Part shown: one piece after another, positions 13,524-27,549 of the stretch
How the letters are laid out: each line of letters begins with the position of its first letter
Numbering within the stretch: the stretch's first letter is position 1
DNA from: Octopus sinensis
Lineage: Eukaryota
Direction: 5' to 3'
Length of the DNA stretch: 64,000 bases
Assembly (NCBI RefSeq): GCF_006345805.1
Contig: NC_043010.1
Location: 53,816,001 to 53,880,000, forward strand
Notes under the pieces: model-generated
What the model saw: only the letters and a program-made list of their open reading frames with translations
Told to the model about the DNA's origin: nothing
Databases searched by the model: none
Made by a program: the position numbers and the translations under genes

Positions 13524-14157
13524 GCTTATCTAATGGCAGAAAAGTAAAGGAAAGAGAAAATGGAAGAGAACCTCTCTGAATGTGAGGTCTTAATTTCAAA
13601 TATTTTAATAGATTGTATCACTTTGTTACTATCTGTTCTCTGTGTATATATGCCTTTATCTCTCTCTCTCTCTCTCTCTCTGTCTCTGTCAGTTTCTCTG
13701 TCTTTGTTTTTCTAACTAGCGATCAATCTTTCTGTCTGCTTTTTTATCCGCATACATGTGTGTATATATATTTATATGTACACGTACACACACACATACA
13801 CACACACGCACACACACACACACCATATCTATATACTTTCAAATGCTTTGATGCGTATCTCAATAAATATTGTTGCGTCAGTAAAAACTTGGCAACCTTC
13901 ATTCCAGTAGTGACTTCGAATAGTTTTTCGTGTTTTTCGTGATGCAAATAGTTAAGGCTATATTTTTTCATCATTGGTCTTTGTAGTATATAACGATCTA
14001 AGAACAGATTATGGTGAATCTATACACGACAATGTTTAGGAGGACTACTTAGTACTTGTAAAATTAAATTTATCTTGGTGGAAATTTGAATCTACTGACA
14101 CTATTTAGGGTTGTGAAATATATGAGACAAAGCATTAAATGATTGAAGCTCTTATGA

Positions 14158-14301
<144 letters not shown>

Positions 14302-14329
14302 TATATATAAAGTTAATCCAAACATGAAA

Positions 14330-14640
14330 ACACAACAACACGAGGACGTGGAACAAGTATAGTGTTACTGGACGCTCAGGAAAGGAAAGTAGGAAGTATG
14401 ATCTAACGTTTCGAGCGGAGCTCTTCGTCAGAAATATAGGAAAAGGAAAGATCCTAGGAAGGGAAGACGGAGGAGGAAAAAAAATCGCAAACGATACACA
14501 CGCGGTCACACATATGTATACTTATATATATATACAGTTAATCCAAACATGAACAAGCAAGAAAACGCAACAATGCGAGGACGTGGAATAAGTACAGTGT
14601 TATTGGACGCTCAGGAACAGAAAGAAAAGAAAGAGGATTT
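14330..14640 (-). mobile_element. Penelope-type pseudo-LTR fragment, 1.5 tandem copies
   Basis: 14331-14510 is partly repeated at 14537-14640 (gttaatccaaacatgaa...gaggacgtggaa...ggacgctcaggaa). It carries a hammerhead motif and abuts (TA)n. Confidence 0.7.
14401..14435 (-). ncRNA. Minimal type I hammerhead ribozyme motif (dimer-type stem III)
   Basis: Minus strand: attt CTGACGA a GAGC tcc GCTC GAAAC GTT agat. Stem I attt/agat, stem II 4 bp, palindromic AACGTT stem III, GUU triplet. Confidence 0.7.
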
Positions 14641-14650
14641 CACGCGTACA

Positions 14651-14790
14651 AATTCCGCCGAGGTCGACATTGCCTTTCACCCTTTCGAGGTCGATTAAAT
14701 AAGTATCGGTTACGCACTGGGGTCAATGTAACCGACATAATCTCTTCCCCAAAATTTAAGGCTTTGTGCTTCCGGTAGAAACGATTTCTA
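14651..14790 (+). mobile_element. SINE-like family S2, 3' part
   Basis: aaattccgccgaggtcgac...cctttcgaggtcgattaaataagta. Confidence 0.8.
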
Positions 14791-14794
14791 GGTA

Positions 14795-15030
14795 GAGCGT
14801 TTGATGTCTTTCTCAATCGCGCCTCACATATATTAATCCACTGGATTACAATTGGGGGATTTAGAAGGCCAGAAATTGAGGATGGTAAAGCCGCAGAAAT
14901 TGTGGGACAACATCTTCTGGTAAGGCAAGGTTCCAAATCCTGCTTCAGTATTTCACCACTCTCACCAGCAGTTTCACGTAGCTATCTGTATTGAGATTAA
15001 AGCTCTTTCCAATGATGTGAGAATGAACCC
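14795..15030 (-). pseudogene. Decayed Tc1/mariner-superfamily transposase, DD37D/maT-like
   Basis: Minus frames give HIIGKSFNLNTDSYVKLLVRVVK and QFWPSKSPNCNPVD*YM*GAIEK, resembling the ..GLRLN..GY..LL..VVKPW and FWPPNSPDLNPLDY.VWG motifs. Contains stops and frameshifts. Confidence 0.6.
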
Positions 15031-15782
15031 CGCAGTGTGGACGAGGAGAGAACGACTGCTGTCTCCCTTCCTGATGGCAATGGCGTCGTAGTCTATGTTG
15101 AAACAGTAAATGTCGTTATCTTACAAAGTTTACAGTGTTCACAGGGCCTTGAGTTGCAGTCAGGATGTCTGCGTTTTCATTCCCGTCGCAAATCATAGTG
15201 ATGCGGGTAAATTTTTTCCAGCTTTCAGATTGTTTGAAGTCCTCTATGTCATATGAATTTTTCTCAAACACAACATTTATCGTTATGCTCTACGTAGTTG
15301 TTGATTTTCCATCAATGGGTCAAGCTGTTCATAAAGGCAGGAGACAAATATCTTCAAATTTATCTCCCCAATGCCCTGCCCGTATGTATTTTTGCATGTT
15401 TCTTTTGATACATACATACATATATACATACATACATACATACATACATGAATGGAAAATATGTAATGACCATTATTTTTAACTTGTTTCTTATATAGCA
15501 CTGTGTAATAACCAGTGTCTCTGGAGCCTATCCACGGATTTACAGTAGATATATATATATAATATGAGGGAATATTATTCCAAACTTACAGGAAAAGTTC
15601 AATTTAGAAATGCTAAATCAAATTTCACAAAACATAACATATATATATAAATTACAAAAATAACACCTTTTATCAATTTAATAATAATGAAAAATTAAAT
15701 TAAACCATTTAGAAAATAATTACATATAGAAAGATTAAATATAAGATAAAACATATACCGATAATTAAGTAACGTGCAAAAA

Positions 15783-15836
<54 letters not shown>

Positions 15837-16164
15837 GCGTACACGATGACACACACATACATACAAGGGACGTGTATCCATGCGTTCAACGGAGCTCGAG
15901 CACATAAACACATAGGAGCTGGGCAAATTACTAAACTGCAGAGTCACATTCAAGTTAATGTATACCATTTATAAGTTATTAGATGTTTAGCTTTCGCCTC
16001 AAAAGGTCATAGATGCTTTTATCAGATTTATTCCGACTTCTTAAACTAAATATAATGCAGAATAAATCTTGGTCACAGAAGGAAATATTTCCATACGTAC
16101 TTCCTCTAAAAAGTAAAATTGAAGTCTATGCGTCTATAAAATATACACAATATAAACGTACAAT

Positions 16165-16204
<40 letters not shown>

Positions 16205-16566
16205 TTGTATTTGTATACATACGTACACAAATACTCTTATATATATATAACTGTTTAGGTTTTTGTGTATGTGTGTGTGTCTAAGGACGTATGGTTCTTT
16301 TATAACGTTATATAAAGAGCTGAACTTTAAACTGTAGCTGGACAATTTATTAACATGTGATGTACTACAACTAATCAAGTTAGTCGGGGCTATGTACAAA
16401 TTATTTGGGAATGTGGTCAATGGAAACACGAAGAAACACTGACTAACATACATGCATCATATCTATCGGTTACGTAGCATTCTATCTATCTACCAATCGC
16501 CTCGAATGTACACTTGTATATATATATATATATATATCAAAATAAAAACATGATGCCAAGGATTCA

Positions 16567-16644
16567 GCGGTACATATGTTTCGGGCCTTTATTAGACAGA
16601 TTTATAACAATGCATAATGTATGTCTGTGGCCTTCTTCAGCCGC
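16567..16644 (-). ncRNA. Type I hammerhead ribozyme motif (GUA), extended stem II
   Basis: Minus strand: gcgg CTGAAGA aggcc...ggccc GAAAC atat GTA ccgc. Stem I gcgg/ccgc is perfect; A10.1 opposes C11.1. Confidence 0.8.
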
Positions 16645-18543
16645 GCACAACAACTTCCACAAGGACATGTGTTACATCAAAAATTCTTGGTTGGGGATGC
16701 AAATCCTCTCATTCGCGCACGACATAATGCGGCAGCAGCATAGAATTGAAGCGTCCATCTCGTTCTTCTCTCAATGTAGAATGAGGGAATTTAGATGTTA
16801 AAGTAATGTAAATAAATTAACAAATAAATACATATATAGACGTGAAGGGACCTGGTGATAAGAGTAAATATGGGTAAAGATGGAGGGGCGAGAATTCAGG
16901 ACGAAGGATAAAAAAATATATAAAAAGTGTAAGTATAGAAAAATATAAAAGTGTAGAGTATAAAGATATAAAGAGATATAAGGAGATATAAGGGGGTATA
17001 AAGAATATAAAAAAATATAAATGAATATAAAGGTATCAAGTTATAAAGTAAAAATAGAAATAGAAATAAAAATTAAAATAAAAATAAAAATAAAAGCAAA
17101 AAAATAAAAATAGGAATAAAAATAATAAAAAAATATATAAGGATAAGGGATGTATAGTGGTTACGGACCAAACATGGTGGTCAGGAAAATGACAAAATCC
17201 AGTTGTAGAGTCAACAGGGGCGTCTCGGGACTTAGTGTGTTGTAAATCATATCTGTTGAGCGGTTGATCTAGTTCCTTGAGTTAATTGGTCATCTTGTAC
17301 ATACATACCAGCATGGATACATACACCCATATACACGCGCACATATACGCACGCATACACAGCTCCAAGCATATAAGCATACATACGTACTCACGTGTAA
17401 ACATATACAGAAACCCATATACACCCACACACATGCGCATGTATACATACATACAACAGAATATGCGTATATATACCCGGACATTATCCGTGTACATATA
17501 CATATATACATATATACACACACACGCACATACACATATACATATGCATATACACATATGCACACATATATGCACGTGTATACATATACATACATATGCA
17601 CATACACACACCCATATATACATACGTACGTCCATCCCTACATACACGTACACAGATGTAAAGAATCACGCACTCACGTCTATACGTACACGCACACACG
17701 GCTGTGTGTCTATATGTGCGTGTACATACACATCCACTTGCACACACAGAGACATACGCGCGTATAGGTATAGCTATAAGATATTAAAAGATGTATACAA
17801 ATGTGTGTAAATATATGCATATAAGAAATCTGCGAAAAGATGTAAAAAAACATGTAAAAAAATTTTTTTTAATTTAAAAAAAAACATGTAAAAAAATTTT
17901 AAAATTTTAAAAATTTATTAAGGGAAATATTAAAGAAAATTATTTAAAAAAATGGGGTATGCACATCCAGACGTAGATGTTTACTCGTACATACGTACAC
18001 ATATGTATATGTATACACACGTACACGGACGCACGTATAATCATAAAGTAGATCCATATGTGAGTAAATAAGGGATAAGCAAAAAATAGACGTAAATAGA
18101 GATATAAAGCGATAAGTTAGGGGTAAAAATAGGAGTAAGAATGATGGTAAGAATAAAACTTAGAAATAAAAGTAAGAAATACAGTATAAAATAAGAAATA
18201 CAATATAAGAGTTAGAAGTAAAATATAAAAATTATAAGACCTATAGGAATTAAAAATAAAAATAGAATAGGATAAAGTAAAATAAAAATATAATCGGGTA
18301 AAACTTAACATGAGATGAAGGAAAAAATAAAGGTTATTGAAAGTGTAAAGTTAAAGGTGTGTGCTAAAGGTGACCACGTAGGGGCGGGCGGGGGGAACTG
18401 AAAATTGGAAGGGTGGGAAGTGGAGTTTGGCGGTGTGCGCTCAACATCCGAGTTAGAAATGTGAAAAGGTATAGATATAGGGAAACAAAGAGTCTAGATA
18501 GGAAGAATGTCGATATATATATATATACTACATACACACACAT

Positions 18544-18577
<34 letters not shown>

Positions 18578-18984
18578 TACTACACACATATAAGAAGGAT
18601 GACCACTAAGTGGACATCCATTGTGCTAGAGGTAGACCCTATATCGTCTGACCACTAACAAACGATCGTTCTCAAGAAAATTCAGCAAACGCCAGAATAT
18701 AAATGAGCAAGGCAAATGAAAAGATACAAAACAATGATTAATCAGAAACCTGGTTTCATTGTTACCACTTACGTAATACTTAAGTAAATGTCCGCAATTC
18801 ATCAGTGTGATCGTCAGAGTAAAATATAATCTGAAGAATTATACCCGAGACGTCCGCATGAGATGGAACATGTATATAGTTCTACCAATTACATTTGGGG
18901 TTATATTTCAAAAGCATATTTTCTATGACGATCACACTTATGAATTACGGACATTACTTAAGTGGAGACAATAAAACTGGGTTT

Positions 18985-19599
18985 GTGCTGGCAGAAACGT
19001 TAGCACGACGGGCGAAATACTTAGCAGTATTTCGTCTGTCTATAGGTTGTGGGTTCAAATGACGTGGTGGTAGATATTGCCTTTCATCCTTTGGAGGTCG
19101 ATTAATTAAGTGCCAGTTCTGTACTGGGGTCGATATAATAGACAAGCCCCTACCCACAAAATTTCGGGCTTGTGCCTAGAATGCAATAGAAAAGAATATA
19201 TTAATATCTAAAAAGGCGGCGAGCTGGCAGAAACGTTAGCACGCCGGGCCCGATGCTTAGTGGTATTTCGTCTGCCATTACGTTCTGAGTTCAAGTTCCT
19301 GACGAGGTCGACTTTACCATCCATCCTTTCGGGGTCGATAAGTACCAGTTACGCACTGGGGTCGATATAATCGACTTAATCCGTTTGTCCGTCCGTGTTC
19401 GTCGTCTCTGTATTTAGCCCCTTGTGGAGAAATAGGTATTTCCTCTTTCTTTACTTTCTTAGTTCAAACTCCGGCAAGATCGACTTAACTTTTCATCCTT
19501 TCGGGTTCGATAAATTAAGCAGCAGTTGCCCACTGCGATCAATGTAATCGACTGGCCCCTCCCCGCAAATTGTGGGTCTTGTGTGCCTAGAGTAGAAAG

Positions 19600-19600
<1 letters not shown>
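18985..19600 (+). mobile_element. Three adjacent S2 copies (18985-19200, 19214-19438, 19465-19600)
   Basis: Each matches the S2 consensus, with different degrees of decay and two alternative 3' ends. Confidence 0.85.
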
Positions 19601-19634
<34 letters not shown>

Positions 19635-20481
19635 TATATATATATTATATATCATATAAAATCGGACATGTTCATATAAGACTCGTGCATGCAATGTGAC
19701 TGGCGGTTTTTAATTTGTTATATATTAATAAGGAGGCAATACACGACATTAGTATTTCCTTCGTGCAGAATATCCAAATATGTATCATGTTCCACGCTGT
19801 CTTAAGAAATATGCAAGATATCAGAGACCGGAAAAATACTACACGTAAAAATGTTACAAGCAAAAATCAAAATTTTATTTTGGTGGACTGCATGACGATC
19901 ATAATAAATGCTGAGTCGCGAAAATAGTAGAAAGTGTTATTAACCAGTCCGAAAAGAATGACTGATATTTTATTTGATTAATGTCGAACAGCAGTGCTTA
20001 AAATACAAACACAGACTTGCTATACTTAAGTAGTTTTACCATACGACGTACACTTTTTAAAATATGGCAGTTTTACCTGTAGCATTTTTTCTGTAGGATA
20101 TGAACCTGCAGCATTATTAGTGTGACATTGTAACTGTGGAATTTTTACAAGTGACATTTTTAATGCCGGAAATTTACTGTGACATTTTTCCCTGTATGCT
20201 TTTCTTCTGGGATTCAAAACTACGTAGCTGTCTGAATCTACTATAGAATTATACTTTCAAGCTTATAATTCATCAATTTATGCGATGCTAAGGAATATAC
20301 GAACACACGTACACACGAATATACGAACACGCATGTCTCTCTCACACACACGTACTGGCACGCATGCGCAGAGACACACAGACATATACATTTATACACA
20401 CATAAGCAAATATATACATGTACGTGTATGTACATGTATATATATTAATGTACGTATATGTACGTATTCATAAATACCTAT

Positions 20482-20700
20482 GAATGGCTGTGTGGTAAGT
20501 AGCTTGCTTACCAACCACATGGTTCCAGGTTCAGTCCCACTGTATGGAAACTTGGGCAAGTGTCTTCTACTAAAGCCTCACGCTGACCAAAGCCTTGTGA
20601 CTAGATTTGGCAGACGGAATCTGAAAGAAGCCTTTCGTGTGTGTGTGTGTGTGTGTGTGTGTATTTAAATATATATATATTTATATATATATATACATAT

Positions 20701-20734
<34 letters not shown>

Positions 20735-20945
20735 TATGTGTGTGTATGTTTGTATTTCTGTGTTTGTCCCCAAAACAACGCTTGACAACCGATGCTGGTG
20801 TGATTACGTACCCGTAAGTTAGCGGTTCGTCAAAATAGACCAATAGAATAAGTACTAGGCTTCCAAAGAATAAGTCCTGGCGTCGATTTGCTCGACTAAA
20901 GGCGGTGCTCCACCATGGCCGCAGTCAGATGACTGAATCAAGTGA
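20482..20945 (+). mobile_element. SINE family S1, full length
   Basis: tggctgtgtggtaagtagc...ggttcagtccc...ggccgcagtcagatgactgaa. Confidence 0.9.
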
Positions 20946-21405
20946 AATCAATAGAAGAATGCATATATTCACACATAGATATATATGCGCATAAATATTT
21001 CTTTGTAGATATAAATGACTTTTTATATGACATGTGTACCGTAGTCTCCCCTTCGTTCAGTACCATGTACTGCAATAACTTAGGCTTGAAAGACACACAA
21101 GTCCTCAATGTCCTGGTACAAAAATTCACATACTTACATAAGTTAAACGTGGATGTCCTTGATAAATAACAGGTAAACCATCTGCCCGTCATGAAGCAAG
21201 GATGTCACACTCCCCCATGCATTAAGTGGGCCAAAAACCAAGGGAAAAGTACATGCAGGTGAAGTGATATGAAAATCAGCCAAAGATGAATCGTATGTAA
21301 AAGTATGAAACGACGGTGGTGCTCCAGAATGACGGCAGCCGCATGGATACAACACATAGAAGAATAAACGAAACTTATATATATATATATATATATATTA
21401 ATATA

Positions 21406-21436
<31 letters not shown>

Positions 21437-21530
21437 CGTGCGTATATATATATATATGATTATATATATAATATATACATATAATATGCATATGTACACA
21501 CAAATGGGCACACTTATATGTATATGTGTG

Positions 21531-21617
<87 letters not shown>

Positions 21618-24574
21618 CATAACACACACATATATACTATATATGTATGCATGAAAGATATTACACACGTCGTACACTAAGGATGTATAAAATGTATATC
21701 TTATTTTTGACAGTTTGACAGATTTATAGCCTGTAGTCTCATCTCTCATTTAGAAAACTAGATTTTTTTCATCGTCTGTTTAGAAAAAAATTTGACATTT
21801 CTGTTTACTTCTCGCTTTCGTGTTTATTCATTGAATGTTCTTTCATACACAAATCAATGTTTTAATTGTTTTTACACGCTCTGAGATGTTATAAGTCAAG
21901 TTATAAAGTATATATAGCAAGACTGTTGGTATATATAACTGTGAGTGAGTGTAGTTACGTATGTATGATATGTATGTATATATATAGGTATATATATATA
22001 TATATAGAACACCACACCCGAATATGGATATCGGGAGGCCTCCTCAATACTGCTCAAGAACACACAACCATAAAAACAACAGGAGACCCTAATCAACAAA
22101 GAACAACTATATACTAGCTACCGTCCCAACCACCGCATTCATTTTTAGACCCAATACGCAAACACAGAGACACAAGATAGCACCAAACAAGCAGGAGGGA
22201 ACCAAAAGTAATAAAATTTATTAATCTAACTCACAGGAACTAACAGCAAACCAAATAAACATACTTTCCAAAGGACTCAAGTTTACACCCACCCCACACA
22301 CACCCCAACTACAATGAAATGAAAGAAGACATCGCAGAATTTCTGCAGAGAAAATTAAGACTTACTGAGGAGCTATACGATAAATACAACGAGGACGAAT
22401 CGTTAGCCAGAAATAGGAGTAACTACACCCCCTCGAAAGGTAAGAATAAAACACTGATGATTTCTGTGACCACATATCAAATTACCCATATCAACATATG
22501 CACAAACAAAAACACAAACCAAACTTCAGCCAAAAAGAATGGGCTGAGTTGAACAAAATAAAACTAGATAAAACAATAACAATCAAAGAGCCGATAAGGG
22601 AGTGCTGTTGTCTTAATGGATACGACATTTTTACATAACTTTGGTACTTTCTATGCTGGAAGACACAACATACTATGAAAAGGCACAAAACTACAGTCAA
22701 CAAAAAATAATGAGGGAACTAAAATCCATATTAAACCCATACAAAGCAGGGCTAACCGACAAAGAATATGATTTATGACCAATTTCACAAGTAAAACTAG
22801 CCAATTCTACGGATACCTAAGATCCACAAAAGTGAAAAATAAGCAACGCATGCAAGATAGCTACAGACAAAATAATTAAAGTCCCTAATCCTAATGACCT
22901 CAAATTGAGACCCATAATAGCAGGTCCCGCATGCGAAACCCACCGCCTCAGTAACTTTTTAGACACCCTGTTAAAACCACTCCTCAAACATGTCAAAAGC
23001 TATATAAGGGACGACTTAGATATGCTCAATCACCTACCGAATACTATAAACAAAAACACCATACTGGTATCCTTCGATGTAGTCAACCTCTACTCCAATA
23101 TCCCCCACAACCTAGGACTAGAGGCAATCCAATTCTGGCTAGAGAATCACGCCAACGAACTACCACACCGCATCAAAAAAGAATTGTGATAGAAGGGGTT
23201 AAATTCATCCTGGAAAATAATTCTTCGCCTTCAATGACAACTTCTACCGACAAAAATCGGGGGACTGCGATGGGTACACGAATGGCCCCCTCCTTTGCAA
23301 CCTAGTCATAGGATACCTAGAGATCAGTCTGTATCGTAAGGTTCTAGAAAGATATGGCAGCCCTTTCTCCATCTACATAGAAAACAACTGAAAGAGTATC
23401 TAGATGACTGTTTCATCCTTTGGCATAAAAATATAGAAAAACTCATAGAATTCCAGAAAATTTTAAACGGACTGGACGTAAACATCCAATTCACGATGGA
23501 ATATAGCCAACAACAACTCCCCTTCCTCGATATCCTCATTAAGAAAGCTAATAATAATAGAAACAGACATATACTATAAGCCTACAGACTCTAAGCAATA
23601 TCTTCCATTCAATTCATGCCACCCCAGACACACCAGGAGAATATCCCCTTCAATCTAGCAAAAAGGATATGCACTATAGTCTCTAACGCAAACACCAGAG
23701 ACACACGACTACAAGAACTAAAAGATACCCTAATCACCAGGAACTATCCACCTTCACTATTGACAAATGCATTCAACGTGCCCTTCAACTTAACATCAAG
23801 GAATGAGACATCCCAAATCAAAGAAAAACTTACAACCAAAAGCCTTACCATACATCTCCACACACAACCCTCTCAATAACGAAGCCTTCGACACCATCCT
23901 CCACAACATACCCCTCCTAAAAAAGACCACAGAATGAACACAATCCTCCAAACACACACGATCATAAAAAGCAAAAGGACAGCCTAGATCCATGAAAAGT
24001 CTCCTTACACAAGCCCGAATTCACTCTTCAACACAGAAGCCGACAGTAAAAAAATGTGGAAGACCCATTGCGGGATATGCGACTATCTAATCGAGGGTTC
24101 TGAGTTCTCCTTCAAACAGGGACAACGTTTTACAGTGAAAAGCAACTTCACATGTGCTTCGGAGAACCTAATATACTCACTAACCTGCTCCGGTGTCAAG
24201 AGCAGTACATAGGCCAAACAAAAAATGGTTTGCGTAAACGAATGGCCCTGCACAGATCCCAGATAAAAATTCCCCAAAACAGAAAAATAGCTTTTAGCCA
24301 ACACATAGATACTTGCGCCAACAAAAAAACACCAAACTTCAGAATTTTCCCCCTCTACCATTTAGGGACGATACAACCTCGAGACAACGAATAAGTAAAG
24401 AAAATCTTTTATTACAAAATACAAGCCACTTCTTACGGGTCTACGACAAACAATTAATATACCTCAACTTTAGAATAAAAGAAAAAAATATATACACACA
24501 AAATACTACACTCAATAGAATCCTACTAATCAGCCCCTTCATAGCTATTTTACATTCATATTCTCCTTCTCTGT

Positions 24575-24812
24575 TTTTTCTTCTTCTTCTTCTTCCTCTT
24601 CTTATTCATCATCATCGTATCATCATCATCGGCATCATCATTCATCGCCACCATCATCACCACCATCTTCTCCTTCTCCTCCTTCTTTCTTCTTTCTCTT
24701 CATCATCATCGTTATCATCATCATCGTCGTCATAATCATCACCACCATCACCATCATCGTAATCTTCTCCTCTCCTTCTTCTCCTTCTCTTTTCTTCTTC
24801 TTCTTCTTCTTC
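24575..24812. repeat. Compound (CTT)/(CAT) microsatellite inside the PLE 3' region
   Basis: Visible triplet array. Confidence 0.9.
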
Positions 24813-25158
24813 TCCACCCCTACCCCTTAAGTTTGTCACTAATGTTTTTAGATAAACACCTACGCTAATTATAAAGAAGCCTGTCAATATAAAATTCTCC
24901 TGAATTGAACTGAGACTGCCAGCCGCCACTGACCATTCAAAATACGACAATCAGGGCACTCCAGATTCTCCCACCCCCCTTTCCTCACCAGCCTTCTCTC
25001 TACTACCTACCAAGAGCTCACAACTACCTCGAACACACAAGTGCAAACAAGGGAGTAGAGAAAGGCAGAATGCCACTTAAATCTGAACACTACTATAGAA
25101 ATATTCTTTAAAAAAAACTTTTCTTCTAATTTTTCTAAATTTAATTATTTAATCGTTA

Positions 25159-25195
25159 CAGTTGAAAAGTCTCAAAATGACCGAAACCGGTACTG
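25159..25195 (+). ncRNA. Minimal type I hammerhead-like motif, U3-A8 variant, in the PLE 3' pseudo-LTR
   Basis: cag TTGAAAA gtc tcaaaat gac c GAAAC cg GTA ctg. Stem I cag/ctg, palindromic ACCGGT stem III. Confidence 0.6.
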
Positions 25196-25564
25196 AAATG
25201 TTACTATAAAAATTATTTTAGCATTTCTATTTTTTACTTGTTTTTTTAATATATATTATATATAATATATATGCCTACACCCACACACACACAAACACAC
25301 ATATATATATATACATGTATTTGTATGTGTAAATATATACATATATTTATATACACATATAAGATATGTATATATATATATATGTATATGTATGTATATA
25401 TATATGCCACATTCACATAAGATATATGTATGTTATAATATATTATATATATTATATAATATATATATATTCTTATATACATATAATAATATAAATAATA
25501 ACTATATGCATAGAGACATACATATATGTACATACCTACATCCATATGTATATATATACATGCA

Positions 25565-25685
25565 TATATGGGTACAGGACATAAAAAAACACGTTGAACA
25601 CAATGAGAAACGAAAACACAAACAAAAATATGCAAACGAACTTTTTTCAAACAACGAAAAGACAGAGTACAAGACATACAACATA
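25565..25685 (-). repeat. Interspersed repeat homologous to 49928-50080
   Basis: Reverse complement atgttgtatgtc...aaaaaagttcgttt...tttctcattgtgttcaacgt matches 49928-50040. Confidence 0.8.
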
Positions 25686-25710
25686 TATATATATATATAG
25701 TATATATATG

Positions 25711-25741
<31 letters not shown>

Positions 25742-26171
25742 TAGAGGATAGAGGAAAAGGACAATGAAAAGCAATGTAGAACGAATATCTCAAGTCATTT
25801 AAAATAATTTAATTAGGGTATGGTGAATTTGGAGTCTTACACCTGTTTCTGGGATAGTCTAGCATATCCATAAGCCGGGTATTCCGTCGTTAGTCGTTAA
25901 TGCGCAAAGTCTATTATAATCCTTAATATAATCCAATATCTACATCAACGTAGATTAGTAACTCCCATAGACAGAGAAATATTCATTGCTAGAACTCATC
26001 TTACAAGTTAGACGTAGGAATTTTAAAGTAATTCACTTTCTGAAGAACTTTCGCAGAAAAAGTATCAACTACAAAACAGGTACTGCATCTAAAAAATACA
26101 ACAAAATATTCTTCTTCACGAGCTTCAGTCTTGATATTTCCATCGGCTTTAAGCTAACTGCTTTTGGTACT

Positions 26172-26568
26172 CTTTTACTCTTTTACTTGTTTCAGTCATG
26201 TGACAGTGGCCATGCTGGAGCGTCGCCTTTAGTCGAGCAAATTGACCCCAGGACTTTGTAAGCTTAGTACTTATTCTATCGGTCTCTTTTGCCAAATCGT
26301 TAGGTTACTGGGACGTAAACATACCAGCATCGGTTGTCAAGCGATGTTGGGGTGGGTTATAAACACAGACACACAAACATACACACACACACACACACAC
26401 ATATGCATATACATATATACGACGTTCTTTCAGTTTCGTCTACCAAATCCACTCACAAGGCTTTGGTCGGCCCGAGGCTATAGTAGAAGAAACTTGCTCA
26501 AGGTGCCACGCAGTGGGACTGAACCCAGAACCATGTGGTTCAAAAGCAAGCTACTTACCCCACAGCCA
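26172..26568 (-). mobile_element. SINE family S1
   Basis: Reverse complement of the S1 consensus, head at the 26568 end. Confidence 0.9.
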
Positions 26569-26939
26569 CTGTGTGTATTATTCTACCAACATTGTTTAAA
26601 TGTCGATATTCGTGTTACTTAGCTCCGCATATTGTAGAACAACCAATTCTGCGGTATCAATACTTGCAACTTAATAGAGACTTCATTATCTCATAAAAAT
26701 GAGGCACTTGATACAAATAAAAGAGAAAAATATTTGTTAGCTATTTCCCAAAACTAAACAATCCTGAAACGGCTTAGACGTGAAGAATTAGGAGAGAGAG
26801 AGTGAAAAAAAAAGAAAGGAAAAATCTTTTAGGAAGACACAAAATCTGGACTTTCGGGTTGTCAGTATAGTTCGTGCTGTAAGCAAGCATTCCAATATTG
26901 CCCTTATTTCATTTATATCTACTTGTTTATTGGTCTGCC

Positions 26940-26973
26940 TGTCTGTCTGTCTATCAATCTATCTATCTATCTG

Positions 26974-27065
<92 letters not shown>

Positions 27066-27077
27066 TCCATCTATCTT

Positions 27078-27138
<61 letters not shown>
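26940..27138. repeat. (ATCT)n/(GTCT)n tetranucleotide microsatellite
   Basis: Visible array. It produces the LSIY ORFs. Confidence 0.95.
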
Positions 27139-27330
27139 ATGTATAAATACATCTTTCGCTACGCAAACACACACATAATTACATTCACACGGCTCGCAAA
27201 ACGTTAAAGAGTTTTTCACTTCCCAAGCGTTAAACGAATACATTTGGTTGTTGTCTTCACTACCTGTCTTCGTCTTTTGTTTTTTATGAATTCACCCCTA
27301 TACACACACACACACGCGCACACGCACACG

Positions 27331-27367
<37 letters not shown>

Positions 27368-27549
27368 TGATATACGGTTAGACTTCTGTAAGTATATTTA
27401 TATTTGTGGTATTGTCATGAAAGCAGTAAACAATACTAATTACTGTGTCACATTTTGCAATTACACTTAATCAAAATCAACGTACATGCACAAACACACA
27501 GAACAAAACTCGCCCACATATATACACTCACATCGCCAACATTCGTCAA

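Larger units (their letters stand above)
22010..25250 (+). mobile_element. Penelope-like retroelement (Neptune-like), frameshifted RT + GIY-YIG endonuclease + 3' pseudo-LTR
   Basis: Motifs across frames: LSKGLKFTPTP, RPIIAGPACETHRLSNFLDTLLKPL, VSFDVVNLYSNIPH, GTAMGTRMAPSFA, EYLDDCFILW (23394-23423), FLDILIKK, TDIYYKPTDSKQYL, IPFNLAKRICTIVS, Cys linker KCGRP/CGICDY, NLIYSLTC...YIGQTKNGLRKRMALHR. Confidence 0.95.
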
